Positions 17,117 through 26,329 of a DNA stretch of 64,000 nucleotides are shown here, one piece after another. Under the pieces are notes generated by a model. It did not search any database. It was not told the origin of the DNA and saw nothing but the letters and a program-made list of their open reading frames with translations. The stretch comes from Candidatus Binatia bacterium (lineage in GTDB: Bacteria > Desulfobacterota > Binatia > UBA9968), in NCBI GenBank assembly GCA_036555515.1, contig DATBLC010000344.1, positions 14,958-78,957 on the forward strand. Reading direction: 5' to 3'. A program made the position numbers and the translations under genes. Position 1 is the first letter of the stretch; every line of letters begins with the position of its first letter.

Positions 17117-18913
17117 GGTCGGGAGACCCAGCTCCTTAATCTTGTGATCGGGAATTAGTCCGTCTTCTTCCCAGCCCCTGGCCCGATAATAGCCCAGGAT
17201 CATCTGTCGAAGCTCGTCGGCGCTCAGGCCGACCCCCTGGGCCACTCCCGTGGGAAGCGCTTCGCTCAAGAGCCGAGGCGGCAGCCAGTCGTCCTCTGGT
17301 TTCCAACCTTCGCGCAGGTTAAACAGCTTCTTGAGCGCGTGAATGCGCTCGCCAATGCGTTTGAGCTCGGTACTCGAGCAATCCCATCCAGTTACCTTGT
17401 TTATAAGGTCCGCGGCCTCGGCGTAAAAATCTGTGAAGCACTTGCGCAGGAACTTACAAACTATCAACGAATCCAGCACCGCGGCGAAATCCTCCGATGC
17501 TGCAACCAGTATGCCTCTACCGGAATCAGAGCGCAGCCTGTCGACTTGGCCCGAGAAGTCGGCCTCGTACGCGCCGGAGCGGTTATGGCAGGCGCCGCGC
17601 GGACTCACCGCCAAGCCGAGTGCCAGCGTCTTCAAGCTGCGCGGCTCATATCCCGGAAGCTCGAGCCCTTTTACGTGCATCGCGCAATCTAAACTCTCTC
17701 CGCCGATCTCGAGGGCGGCGCGCTTTGAGCCTTCGGCCAGCAGCGCGCCGATACCTCGGCGCTCGGCGATAGCGGGAATCGCGGCGAGGAGAGCATCCGA
17801 TCGGCCGAAGCGCAAACCGAGCGCTTGCGCTTCGGGCAAGAGTCCGCGTTCGCAGCATTCCATCGCCCAGGCCAAGGTGCCGCCCGTGCTTATCGTGTCC
17901 AGTCCATAGAGGTCGCAAAGCCCCGCGGCCTGAAGAACTGCTTGGGGATCTTGAATACCACAGAGCGGTCCCAGCGCGAATAGAGTTTCATACTCCAGAC
18001 GCTGCTCTTCGCCAGCGACGGACTTGAACAGTCGCTCGCAGCGGATCGTGCAGCAGGCGCAGCCGTGCCTGCGGCTGAAGTTGTTTTCCGTCAGAGTTTC
18101 TCCGCTCAACGCTTCGGCGTGGTCGAAGGTCGATTGCTGGAAATTGCGCGTGGGCAATGTGCCGAGGCGATTAAAGACTGCCAGGTTGGCGACAGTGCCG
18201 ATGTTTCGATATTTGTCGGTGAGCGAGCCGAGACTGCGCGAGCGCAGAGATTGAGCGATCGCCTCGACGCCTTTGGCATCGGCAACTTTGGTTTCTCGGT
18301 CTCCGCACAGGGCGATCGCCTTCAAATTTTTCGATCCCATAACTGCGCCCACCCCACCACGCCCCGCGTGGCGCCCTTCGTTGCTGATGGTGGCAAAGCG
18401 CACTCGGTTCTCTCCCGCTTTGCCGATGGCCGCCACGGGCATTGCCGAAGAGCATAACTCGGTACGGATCAGGGATTCGGTCTCGCTCGCGCTTTTTCCG
18501 GTCAAGCCAGCGGCGTCCCTGATTTCGACGTGGTCATTATGAATGTAGATGTACGCCAAGGAAGCCGCCCGCCCGGTGATTACCAGGCCGTCGAGGCCTA
18601 TGCGTTTGAGCTCGAGGGCAAAGTAGCTCGAAGAGAGGGAATCGGCGATGAAGCCGGTTAGCGGGGATTTGGTGACCACGGCAAATTTAGCCGTTGTCGT
18701 GAGACCGGTGCCCACTAAAGGAGCGCTGGTAAAAATCAGCGGGTTGGCGGGAGAAAAGGGTTCGACTCCCGGCGGCGCGTAATCGTAGAGCAGGCGTGCG
18801 CCAAGACCGATGCCGCCGAGAACTTGGCGCAGGCGCGAAACCTCGAGATCATGCCAAGAGCTTTGCCCGGTGTTTAAGTCGATGTATAGCAAGCGGCCGT
18901 GAAAGCCTTGCAT
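17084..18913 (-). CDS. aor: Aldehyde:ferredoxin oxidoreductase family (tungsten/molybdopterin) enzyme
   Basis: 609 aa. N-terminus MQGFHGRLLYIDLNTG is typical of AOR. Also the pterin-binding region and the Cys cluster CACCTIRC for the 4Fe-4S. Confidence 0.88.
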   Translation of the reverse strand: MQGFHGRLLYIDLNTGQSSWHDLEVSRLRQVLGGIGLGARLLYDYAPPGVEPFSPANPLIFTSAPLVGTGLTTTAKFAVVTKSPLTGFIADSLSSSYFALELKRIGLDGLVITGRAASLAYIYIHNDHVEIRDAAGLTGKSASETESLIRTELCSSAMPVAAIGKAGENRVRFATISNEGRHAGRGGVGAVMGSKNLKAIALCGDRETKVADAKGVEAIAQSLRSRSLGSLTDKYRNIGTVANLAVFNRLGTLPTRNFQQSTFDHAEALSGETLTENNFSRRHGCACCTIRCERLFKSVAGEEQRLEYETLFALGPLCGIQDPQAVLQAAGLCDLYGLDTISTGGTLAWAMECCERGLLPEAQALGLRFGRSDALLAAIPAIAERRGIGALLAEGSKRAALEIGGESLDCAMHVKGLELPGYEPRSLKTLALGLAVSPRGACHNRSGAYEADFSGQVDRLRSDSGRGILVAASEDFAAVLDSLIVCKFLRKCFTDFYAEAADLINKVTGWDCSSTELKRIGERIHALKKLFNLREGWKPEDDWLPPRLLSEALPTGVAQGVGLSADELRQMILGYYRARGWEEDGLIPDHKIKELGLPTVSGLEFRVSS

Positions 18914-19026
18914 CGCTCAGCCCCGATCCGATGTCAAAGGAGTTTTCTTTAGTTTCATAATGACTGTCTGTGTGCAAAGAGCCGATAGTATCCTCACTGT
19001 CGTGTCGTCGTCTCCATTGTACGGCG

Positions 19027-20001
19027 TCAGCCGCCCGCATCGGCGCACAGTATTAAAATTTTGTCTCCCGGATTGACCTTCGTAACCGGACTGCGAGTAA
19101 AGTTCAAGCCGTTGATATTGCACGCGTAGCCGCTAACTAGAGCGGCGCCGTCGGGATTGATAACCCGCCCGACTAAGACCGGCAGTCTTTGCGCAAGAGC
19201 GGTAAGTACGTCGGAGAGACTAGCCGGTTGCGGCAACGTCAGAGAAACGACGCTGGTCTTCGCCAGCAAGCGGGCCACACCGAAAAGTTCGACTGTGACA
19301 GAGTCAGAGACCGGGACCGGGGAAATAAGGGAGGCGGTCTCAACCTCGGCGCTCTGCCTGCTTGTTGCGGTCTGTGCCGGAAATCTCTGTTTGTATTCAT
19401 TCCAGCGATTCAGCGCGAATTCGTAATCCGCCGGTGTATTCATATTGAGAAAACTCAAACCCTCAGGATCGAAACGGCGGATTTCCTCCTCGCCGATTTT
19501 ATAGGTTCGCACCTTGTCATAGAGAAAAATCGGCCGTAACTCACCGCGCTCAAGCTGCTCTCTAAGGAGCGGCAGCACGCTGCGCCGGTAGACCGCGTGG
19601 AGCGGCTGAAAGCGGTTCTGCCAATACGGCACCACCACGTCGTAAGCTGAAATTTGAGATACGAGATTCGCGATCAAGGAAAAATTGGGGAAGGCGACAT
19701 CGCAAGAGGTCACAAAGCAGACCTCTTTCTCAGTCGCCTTGAGCCCATAATAAATGCCGCCCACGGGTCCCTGAAACGGCACTTCGTCGCGCACCAGCGT
19801 CGCCGGCAGTTGGGGTAGTTCCTGTTCGGGCGCCGCGACGACGACGATGTCCGGGAAAAGGTGTTGCAGCGCCCGCACGATATAAACGATAAGCGGCTCG
19901 CCGTTAAACGGCAGCAGCGCTTTGGGCCGACCCATGCGCGAGCTCTTGCCGCCGGTTAAAATGACAGCGCTAGCATTTGTGATCGGCGGATGACTTTGCA
20001 T
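19027..20001 (-). CDS. mobA: Fusion protein: molybdenum cofactor guanylyltransferase (MobA) N-domain plus MoaD/ThiS-like ubiquitin-fold C-domain ending in GG
   Basis: AVILTGGKSSRMGRPKALLPF (MobA signature) in residues ~10-200, a linker, then VTVELFGVARLL...NPGDKILILCADAGG-stop. Start is ATG 20001 or GTG 20031. Confidence 0.8.
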   Translation of the reverse strand: MQSHPPITNASAVILTGGKSSRMGRPKALLPFNGEPLIVYIVRALQHLFPDIVVVAAPEQELPQLPATLVRDEVPFQGPVGGIYYGLKATEKEVCFVTSCDVAFPNFSLIANLVSQISAYDVVVPYWQNRFQPLHAVYRRSVLPLLREQLERGELRPIFLYDKVRTYKIGEEEIRRFDPEGLSFLNMNTPADYEFALNRWNEYKQRFPAQTATSRQSAEVETASLISPVPVSDSVTVELFGVARLLAKTSVVSLTLPQPASLSDVLTALAQRLPVLVGRVINPDGAALVSGYACNINGLNFTRSPVTKVNPGDKILILCADAGG

Positions 20002-20086
20002 AAGTCGGCTTTTCGGCCAGGAGCAAGACACCGGTCGTGAGCGGTCTCGACCGCGATGATTTTCTCGATGGCAACCGCGATGTAAG

Positions 20087-20116
20087 ATACTAGGTTTATA
20101 AGAACTTATTAGTCAA
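20087..20116 (-). promoter_or_regulatory. Candidate sigma70 promoter for the mobA-aor unit
   Basis: The minus strand reads TTGACT, 18 nt, TAGTAT. The -10 hexamer is the same as in the fdnG candidate. Confidence 0.25.
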
Positions 20117-20219
20117 GGCGCGCAAAATGACGCCGGTGGCTTTTCGTCGCGGCGAAAGCTGCGACGGCGACGCCGGCGCAGAGCGGATCGGTTAGTCAGC
20201 GCCGGCACAGGGCTAGTGG

Positions 20220-21014
20220 TCAGGGATTGTAGGGATTATCCATCGCCGCCTGCTTCATCTGCGCGTGCAAATCGACCATGGTCAGCGCGCAGTATTCCAT
20301 CGAGTAGCCGGCGCGAAACTCAACGCTCTCCTGCAAAGCCCGGGTAAGCACGGTGCGGTTGAAGGCGCCGTGGCCCATCGCCTCCTCGCCGCTCTCGCCG
20401 AGCTTGTGAGTATCCATGTCCGCTTCTTCGTGCGTGGAAAAATAAACCGCGTCTTGCTTACTGAAGCCGTAGTGCGTCGTTAACGCCGTATACCACTGGC
20501 CGGACCACAGCGACAGCGATTCTTCGAAGACATGGAGTCCCCAAAGCTCGACGATGGAGCCGTCAATGAAAATTTTGTGGCAGAAATCATTGATCGCGCG
20601 GGCGGCTGGCAAATAGGGATCTTCCAGCATTTCTCTTTTGTTGAGGCCCATCTTTTCGGCGGTCTGGAGCAGAACTAACACGTGCCCCGGCGCTCGGGGA
20701 GAAATCAATTCGTCGGCGATCTTGGCGCAAAAGGGCCCCAGGAGGTCGAAGTGGCGCACGAAAAACGGCAGATGAGTATAGTAAGAGACCGCGTTGAGGG
20801 CGTTGACCTCCAGCGAGAAATGGCCCCAGTTCTTAAAGAATTGCCGCATCACCGGCATCGGCAGTGTCCCTTCGCGCAGCTGCGTCATGAAGGCGCCTTT
20901 ATGGATTTTCTCGTGGGCGTATTTGTAAAGCGTCGAATAGAGATAATCCACGTAGGCTCGGGCCTCTTGCTCGGTGAGCCGTTCTCCCGCTCTAGGCTCC
21001 TTGGGTTTGCTCAT
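20220..21014 (-). CDS. Heme-oxygenase-like fold protein (TenA/PqqC/CADD-type, possible diiron oxidase), paralog 1
   Basis: ATG at 21014 preceded by GGAGGA. All-helical, 264 aa. Clear homology to ORF 62424-63248 (GAFM..L..G.LP, NW, EVN, RH.DLL.P, KI.DEL..P..PGH, YF..HEEAD...H). Confidence 0.65.
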   Translation of the reverse strand: MSKPKEPRAGERLTEQEARAYVDYLYSTLYKYAHEKIHKGAFMTQLREGTLPMPVMRQFFKNWGHFSLEVNALNAVSYYTHLPFFVRHFDLLGPFCAKIADELISPRAPGHVLVLLQTAEKMGLNKREMLEDPYLPAARAINDFCHKIFIDGSIVELWGLHVFEESLSLWSGQWYTALTTHYGFSKQDAVYFSTHEEADMDTHKLGESGEEAMGHGAFNRTVLTRALQESVEFRAGYSMEYCALTMVDLHAQMKQAAMDNPYNP

Positions 21015-21142
21015 GATGTTCCTCCAAAACGGCAAATACTGTCGCCATAGGGCTCCTTTTGATCGGCTATCATCGCCCCAAATCCTTGTCAAGTTAGCGA
21101 CCGCGCGTTGGAATTAAATTCGCGCTGGGTTAAGATCGAGCC

Positions 21143-21493
21143 ATGGGGACCAAGCCGAGCAAAACGCTGGAAACCTTTCGCAATCCGCGGCCGGAGCGCG
21201 ATTACGAAATCAACATGGAATGTCCCGAGTTCACCTGCGTGTGCCCGCGCACCGGGCAACCGGACTTCGCCGACATTCGCATCCGCTATGTGCCGGCTGA
21301 ACTCTGCGTCGAACTCAAGTCGCTCAAGCTCTATCTCTGGTCCTATCGTAACGAAGGAGCGTTTCACGAGGCGGTGGTCAATCAGATTCTCGACGACCTG
21401 GTTCAAGCCGTTCAACCGAAATCGATGACGGTGACCGGTGATTTCAACGTGCGCGGCGGCATTCATACAACGGTCACCGCGACACATCCGTAG
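21143..21493 (+). CDS. queF: NADPH-dependent 7-cyano-7-deazaguanine (preQ0) reductase, type I
   Basis: 116 aa. [17 protein letters not shown] catalytic Cys motif and E(S/L)KSLKLY motif. Confidence 0.93.
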   Translation: MGTKPSKTLETFRNPRPERDYEINMECPEFTCVCPRTGQPDFADIRIRYVPAELCVELKSLKLYLWSYRNEGAFHEAVVNQILDDLVQAVQPKSMTVTGDFNVRGGIHTTVTATHP

Positions 21494-21754
21494 TTCGCGG
21501 TGCGGCGCTGCCCTGACCAGCGTTGTGCACAAGCTGTTCATGGAGTGTGGTCGGATCAGGGAAAATTGCCGCCGGCCGCCAGTTTGGCCGCGTTTAGAGT
21601 TTATCAACAGCAATCCTGGCCCGAGAAAGCGAGAGATGCATCCAATATTTCTATTGATTTTGTTTCGCAATCGGTGCAAAGTTCTGCCACCAATTCATCC
21701 GCTCGGATTGTTGTCCGAGCGCAAGCAATTTAACTGATCGCCGCATTGTGAATC

Positions 21755-23131
21755 ATGGCAACTCTCGAAGATAATCTCCGCAAAGTCCCACCGCAGAACC
21801 TTGAAGCGGAATCCTCCGTGCTGGGCGGCATCCTGCTTGAGAACGACGCGATCAACGTCGTTTTGGAAGTCTTGCGCCCGGAGGATTTTTATCGCGAGTC
21901 CCACCGTAAAATTTTCCGGGCCATGATCGAGCTTTCCGACCGCGGCGAGCCGGCGGATGTGATTACGTTGAGCGAATGCCTCAAGGCGCGCAACGGACTG
22001 GAGGCGGTGGGCGGCACTGCCTATCTGGTTTCGCTTGCTGACTTCGTGCCCACCGCGGCCAACATCGCCTACTATGCCCGCATCGTGCGCGAAAAGGCGA
22101 TCTTGCGCAGCCTGATTACCTGTGCGACGGAGATTGCCACCAGGGGATACGAAGAGCAGGGCAACGTCGAAGAATTTCTCGACAGCGCTGAAAAGGTGAT
22201 CTTCGATATCTCGGAAAAGAAGATAAAGGCGTCCTTTGTTTCCGTCGGCGAGATGATCAAGGACACGCTGAAGACCGTCGAGAAGCTTTATGAACGCAAA
22301 GAAATGATCACCGGCGTTTCCACGGGCTACGAAGATTTGGACAAGCTTACTGCCGGGCTTCAGCCGTCCGACTTGATCATCGTCGCTGGACGGCCCGGGA
22401 TGGGGAAAACCGCGTTCGCTCTCAACGTCGCAGCCCACGCGGCGTTCAATGGCACCGGCGCCGCGGTTTTCTCGCTGGAAATGGCCAGGGAGCAGTTGGT
22501 TCTGCGCATGCTTTGTTCCGAGGCGCGCGTCAACAGCTCTAAGGTGCGTTCTGGTTACCTAGGCGAGCGAGATTTCCCGCTGCTCGCCAAAGCGGCCGGC
22601 AAACTGCACGACGCGCCGATCTACATCGACGACACGCCGGCGATATCGGTGCTCGAGCTGCGCGCCAAGGCGCGCCGCCTGGTGCGCGACCGGTCGAAGA
22701 AAATTGGTCTGGTAGTAGTCGATTACTTGCAGCTGATGCGCGGCATGGGAACGGCAGCCAACCGTGAACAGGAAATTTCCGAAATCTCGCGCTCTCTGAA
22801 AGCACTGGCCAAGGAATTGAACGTGCCGATCATCGCGCTTTCGCAGCTCAACCGCCGCGTCGAGGATCGCGGCGACCGCCGCCCGCAAATGTCGGATTTG
22901 CGCGAATCCGGCGCCATCGAGCAGGACGCCGACGTGATCATGTTTATTTACCGCGAAGAGGTCTACAATAAAAGTGACGACAGCAAGAAAGGCGTCGCCG
23001 AAGTCATCGTGGCCAAGCAACGAAACGGCCCCACCGACACGGTCAACCTGACGTTTCTCGGCGAATACACCCGCTTTGAGAACTATACCGCGCGCGATGA
23101 ATACGGCTACGAAGAGCTGGAAGAGGCGTAG
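21755..23131 (+). CDS. dnaB: Replicative DNA helicase
   Basis: PPQNLEAESSVLGGILL N-terminus, Walker A GRPGMGKT, RecA-like motifs, SQLNR. Confidence 0.95.
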   Translation: MATLEDNLRKVPPQNLEAESSVLGGILLENDAINVVLEVLRPEDFYRESHRKIFRAMIELSDRGEPADVITLSECLKARNGLEAVGGTAYLVSLADFVPTAANIAYYARIVREKAILRSLITCATEIATRGYEEQGNVEEFLDSAEKVIFDISEKKIKASFVSVGEMIKDTLKTVEKLYERKEMITGVSTGYEDLDKLTAGLQPSDLIIVAGRPGMGKTAFALNVAAHAAFNGTGAAVFSLEMAREQLVLRMLCSEARVNSSKVRSGYLGERDFPLLAKAAGKLHDAPIYIDDTPAISVLELRAKARRLVRDRSKKIGLVVVDYLQLMRGMGTAANREQEISEISRSLKALAKELNVPIIALSQLNRRVEDRGDRRPQMSDLRESGAIEQDADVIMFIYREEVYNKSDDSKKGVAEVIVAKQRNGPTDTVNLTFLGEYTRFENYTARDEYGYEELEEA

Positions 23132-23290
23132 ATGTTAGAGTTAAACGGGCGCTTTCAGCGATTGGTTTGAAGCGCGGAGTCAGGCTTTATTGCAGAGGTG
23201 GCAGGCGGTGATGATCCGATGAGAAAATTTGCTGCTTGGCATTGCGATAGTAACGTTAGCGGAAAATTCGCGGTGTAAACTATGCGCCCG

Positions 23291-24811
23291 CTACTCGGAA
23301 AATTCCCCGGGAACGCCCGTCCAGGCCTTCGCCAGCCCTCTCCCGCGGGTTAGCAGAGGGAAGACTAGGAGTAGCGCGGCGGCGAGAATGAAGCCGGCCG
23401 AGATGGGCTTTTCGATAAAGATGGTAAAGCTCCCGGCGGACAGAATCAAAGATTGACGCAGGGCCTCCTCCATCATCGGCCCGATGACCATTGCCAGGAT
23501 CAATGGCGCCGCCTCGTAGTCGAACTTCCTCAAGAGATATCCGAGGATACCGAAGGCCCACATCACCACCCCGTCTCCGACATTATTGCTGACGCTGTAG
23601 GAACCGATAAGGCAAAACAGCAGGATGAAAGGGAAGAGGCGAGCATAGTGCACGCGGAGCAGCCGCGTCCAGATGCCGATCAGCGGGAGATTGAGAACCA
23701 GCAGCATGGCGTTGCCGATATACATGCTGACGATAGTTCCCCAAAATAGATCCGGCGCGCGCTGGACGAGCAGCGGCCCGGGCTGGAGCCCATGGATCAT
23801 CAGTGCGCCCAGTAGGATGGCCATCACCGGGTTTGCTGGGATTCCCAGAGTGAGAAGCGGGATAAAAGCTCCTCCTGCCGCCGCATTATTGGCCGCTTCA
23901 GGTCCCGCCACCCCTTCAATTGCCCCATTACCAAACTTCTCAGGGTGCTTGGAGACTCTCTTCTCGGTGGCGTAGGAGGCCAACGACGCAATGATTGCGC
24001 CCGCCCCCGGTAGGATTCCGAGAAAGAAACCAAGCAGCGATCCTCTGAGGATGGGCATCGCGGAAAGCTTCCACTGCTCGCGGTTCGGGAGAAGCCCGCC
24101 GGCCGGCGCAGCATAGACGGTGCGCTCTTTAGCCAATTGTTCCAGATTGAGCAGAACCTCGGAAATCCCAAACAGCCCCATGATTACTGGCACCAAGCCC
24201 AGGCCGTCCATCAGGGTTTGAATCCCGAAGGTGAAGCGGTAACGCCCGCTGATCGAGTCTACCCCCACGCTGCCGAGGAGAACCCCCACCAGAGCCATCA
24301 TCAGCGCCTTCACCATCGACCCTTGGGTAAAATAGGTAACCAGCGTGGTGCCGAGCACCATCAAAGAAAAGTACTCTGGCGGTCCAAAGCTCAAGGTAAC
24401 TTTCACCAGAAGCGGCGCGAGCAACGTGAGGAGGATTATGCTTAGTGTGCCGGCGATAAAAGAGCCGAAGGCGGCAATGCCCAGCGCGGGACCCGCTCGT
24501 CCCTGGCGCGCCATGGCATGGCCGTCTAGACAGGTGACGACCGACGCTGCTTCGCCGGGAATATTGACGAGGATGGAAGTTGTCGAGCCACCGTACATGG
24601 CGCCATAATAGATCCCTGCCAGCATGATGATGGAGGACACGGGCGAGAGCGCGAAGGTGGACGGTAGCAGGAGGGCGATGGCCGCGGCAGGTCCCAGGCC
24701 GGGAAGTACGCCTACCAGCGTGCCGATAAAGACGCCAATGAAACAATAGAGGAGATTTATGGGGTGGATCGCAACCTGAAACCCGTTGAGAACACCCTGA
24801 ATGATCTCCAT
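23291..24811 (-). CDS. tctA: Tripartite tricarboxylate transporter, large permease
   Basis: 506 aa, about 12 TM. TctA-like GxxxGxLPGLG motifs; adjacent to tctB and tctC. Confidence 0.88.
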   Translation of the reverse strand: MEIIQGVLNGFQVAIHPINLLYCFIGVFIGTLVGVLPGLGPAAAIALLLPSTFALSPVSSIIMLAGIYYGAMYGGSTTSILVNIPGEAASVVTCLDGHAMARQGRAGPALGIAAFGSFIAGTLSIILLTLLAPLLVKVTLSFGPPEYFSLMVLGTTLVTYFTQGSMVKALMMALVGVLLGSVGVDSISGRYRFTFGIQTLMDGLGLVPVIMGLFGISEVLLNLEQLAKERTVYAAPAGGLLPNREQWKLSAMPILRGSLLGFFLGILPGAGAIIASLASYATEKRVSKHPEKFGNGAIEGVAGPEAANNAAAGGAFIPLLTLGIPANPVMAILLGALMIHGLQPGPLLVQRAPDLFWGTIVSMYIGNAMLLVLNLPLIGIWTRLLRVHYARLFPFILLFCLIGSYSVSNNVGDGVVMWAFGILGYLLRKFDYEAAPLILAMVIGPMMEEALRQSLILSAGSFTIFIEKPISAGFILAAALLLVFPLLTRGRGLAKAWTGVPGEFSE

Positions 24812-24814
24812 AAA

Positions 24815-25255
24815 TCATAGTCCGAAAAGACCGCGCGGAAGCTGCACCTTCAGCCATAGCCGGAAGAGCGCATAGGCAAACGTCGTGGCGACCGCAGCCC
24901 ACGCACAGCACTGGATCCAGCCAGTTATTCCGACGCGAAAAAGCAACAGAAGAAAGAAGAACGTGACGAGCAAAAAGCCGACCGTTTCCAGGAGCAGGAG
25001 ATAGGACAGTAGCGCGGCGAGAACCACCAGAAGTGCGGCCCATGGAATCGCGCCGGACCCGAACTGGTGGCGGGACTTGAGCGAGCGCACAAGCAGTAAC
25101 AAAGAGAGCATTCCGAGGAGCAGTCCGCCCCAGAACGGGAAGAAGCCTGGTCCCGGCGCGCGAAGAGTGCCGAGTCTTAGATTGGTGAAGCCCTCGAGGC
25201 AAATAAGCACAGCGATGGCGAGCCAGAAAAGACTGCTGGTCAAATCTCTCGACAT
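24815..25255 (-). CDS. tctB: Tripartite tricarboxylate transporter, small permease
   Basis: 146 aa, 4 TM helices, located between tctC and tctA. Confidence 0.75.
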   Translation of the reverse strand: MSRDLTSSLFWLAIAVLICLEGFTNLRLGTLRAPGPGFFPFWGGLLLGMLSLLLLVRSLKSRHQFGSGAIPWAALLVVLAALLSYLLLLETVGFLLVTFFFLLLLFRVGITGWIQCCAWAAVATTFAYALFRLWLKVQLPRGLFGL

Positions 25256-25261
25256 AGAGAT

Positions 25262-26227
25262 TTACTTGATCAGTCCGGCCTTCTTGGCGATCTCTTCCAC
25301 GGTGCGATGCTCTTCGCGTATTTCAGCGAAGAGTTTGTCAGGAGGCAGATAGTCTTGGACTATGCCCAACGCGGCGAGCTTCGCGCCGATCACTGGATTC
25401 TTCACCACCTTTTCAATGGCGGGAATCAGTGCCTTTGTTACCTCGCCCGGTACTCCAGCCGGGGCGAAAAAGGCCAACCAGACTCCGAGAAGATTTTGCC
25501 GGTGACCGAGTTGGGTCAGGGTTGGGATGTCGGCAAACTCAGGGAACTTGCTCGATATGACGATTCCCCGCATCGTTCCCCCTTTAAGGTGGCTGCTCAA
25601 TGCGCCCAGCGCTAGCACGACGCCCTCCACGTGGCCGCCGAGCAGCGCGGTTATGCCCGGCGCGGCGCCCTTGAACGGCACCATGATGAGGCCCGCTCCG
25701 GTGAGCGAATTGATGATCTCGACGGTAAAATGGCCGACAGATCCCGCCCCTGCGGTGGCCAGCCGCACTTTGCCTGGATTCTTTTTTGCAAACTCCACTA
25801 TTTCGTTGAAACTCTTGTACGGAGCGTCCTGCCGCACCGCAAGGAGTATGGGCGTCCGCGTGGCCAATCCCAGCGGCGTGAGATCCTTGAACGGATCGTA
25901 GGGAACGGACTCGGGGGTGAGAACGCGGTTGTAGCTCAGCGCGGCATTGTTAGTGATGAGGAGCGTGTAGCCGTCTTTCTTCGCTTTGACCACGCTGTCG
26001 GTTCCCAGCGTTCCCCCGGCTCCGGGTTTGTTCGCGACCACGATCGGGACCTTGAGCAACTTCGATAGCTCGTCGGCCATGGTGCGCCCCGCGACGTCGC
26101 TTGCGTCTCCCGGCGCAAGAGGAATCACGAGAGTGATGGCGTTGCTGGGATAACTCTGGGCACAAAGATGGGTAGTGCTTGGGAAAAACAACGCCATGGA
26201 CAGCAGACCCGAGATACGACGCATCAT
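25262..26227 (-). CDS. tctC: Tripartite tricarboxylate transporter substrate-binding protein (Bug family)
   Basis: ATGATG at 26227 preceded by AGGAGGGG. Signal peptide, then YPSNAITLVIPLAPGDASD, typical of Bug/TctC. Confidence 0.85.
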   Translation of the reverse strand: MMRRISGLLSMALFFPSTTHLCAQSYPSNAITLVIPLAPGDASDVAGRTMADELSKLLKVPIVVANKPGAGGTLGTDSVVKAKKDGYTLLITNNAALSYNRVLTPESVPYDPFKDLTPLGLATRTPILLAVRQDAPYKSFNEIVEFAKKNPGKVRLATAGAGSVGHFTVEIINSLTGAGLIMVPFKGAAPGITALLGGHVEGVVLALGALSSHLKGGTMRGIVISSKFPEFADIPTLTQLGHRQNLLGVWLAFFAPAGVPGEVTKALIPAIEKVVKNPVIGAKLAALGIVQDYLPPDKLFAEIREEHRTVEEIAKKAGLIK

Positions 26228-26329
26228 GTCGCCCCTCCTGATGTGAAGTTTCTGCCGAATCAAGTGGGCGCATGCTAGTGGACACTCCCATCGGGTGTCA
26301 AGCGTAATGGCACGTGTGAATAAACCGGG

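Noticed and set aside
16777-17139. 120-aa + strand ORF between fdnG and AOR.
   Set aside because: It is antisense to the better-signalled 59-aa ORF and to the AOR 3' end, with Pro/Arg/Ser-rich composition.
24129-25202. 357-aa ORF overlapping tctA and tctB in another frame.
   Set aside because: Arg/Pro/Gly-rich off-frame product; the TctA and TctB reading frames give coherent TM proteins.
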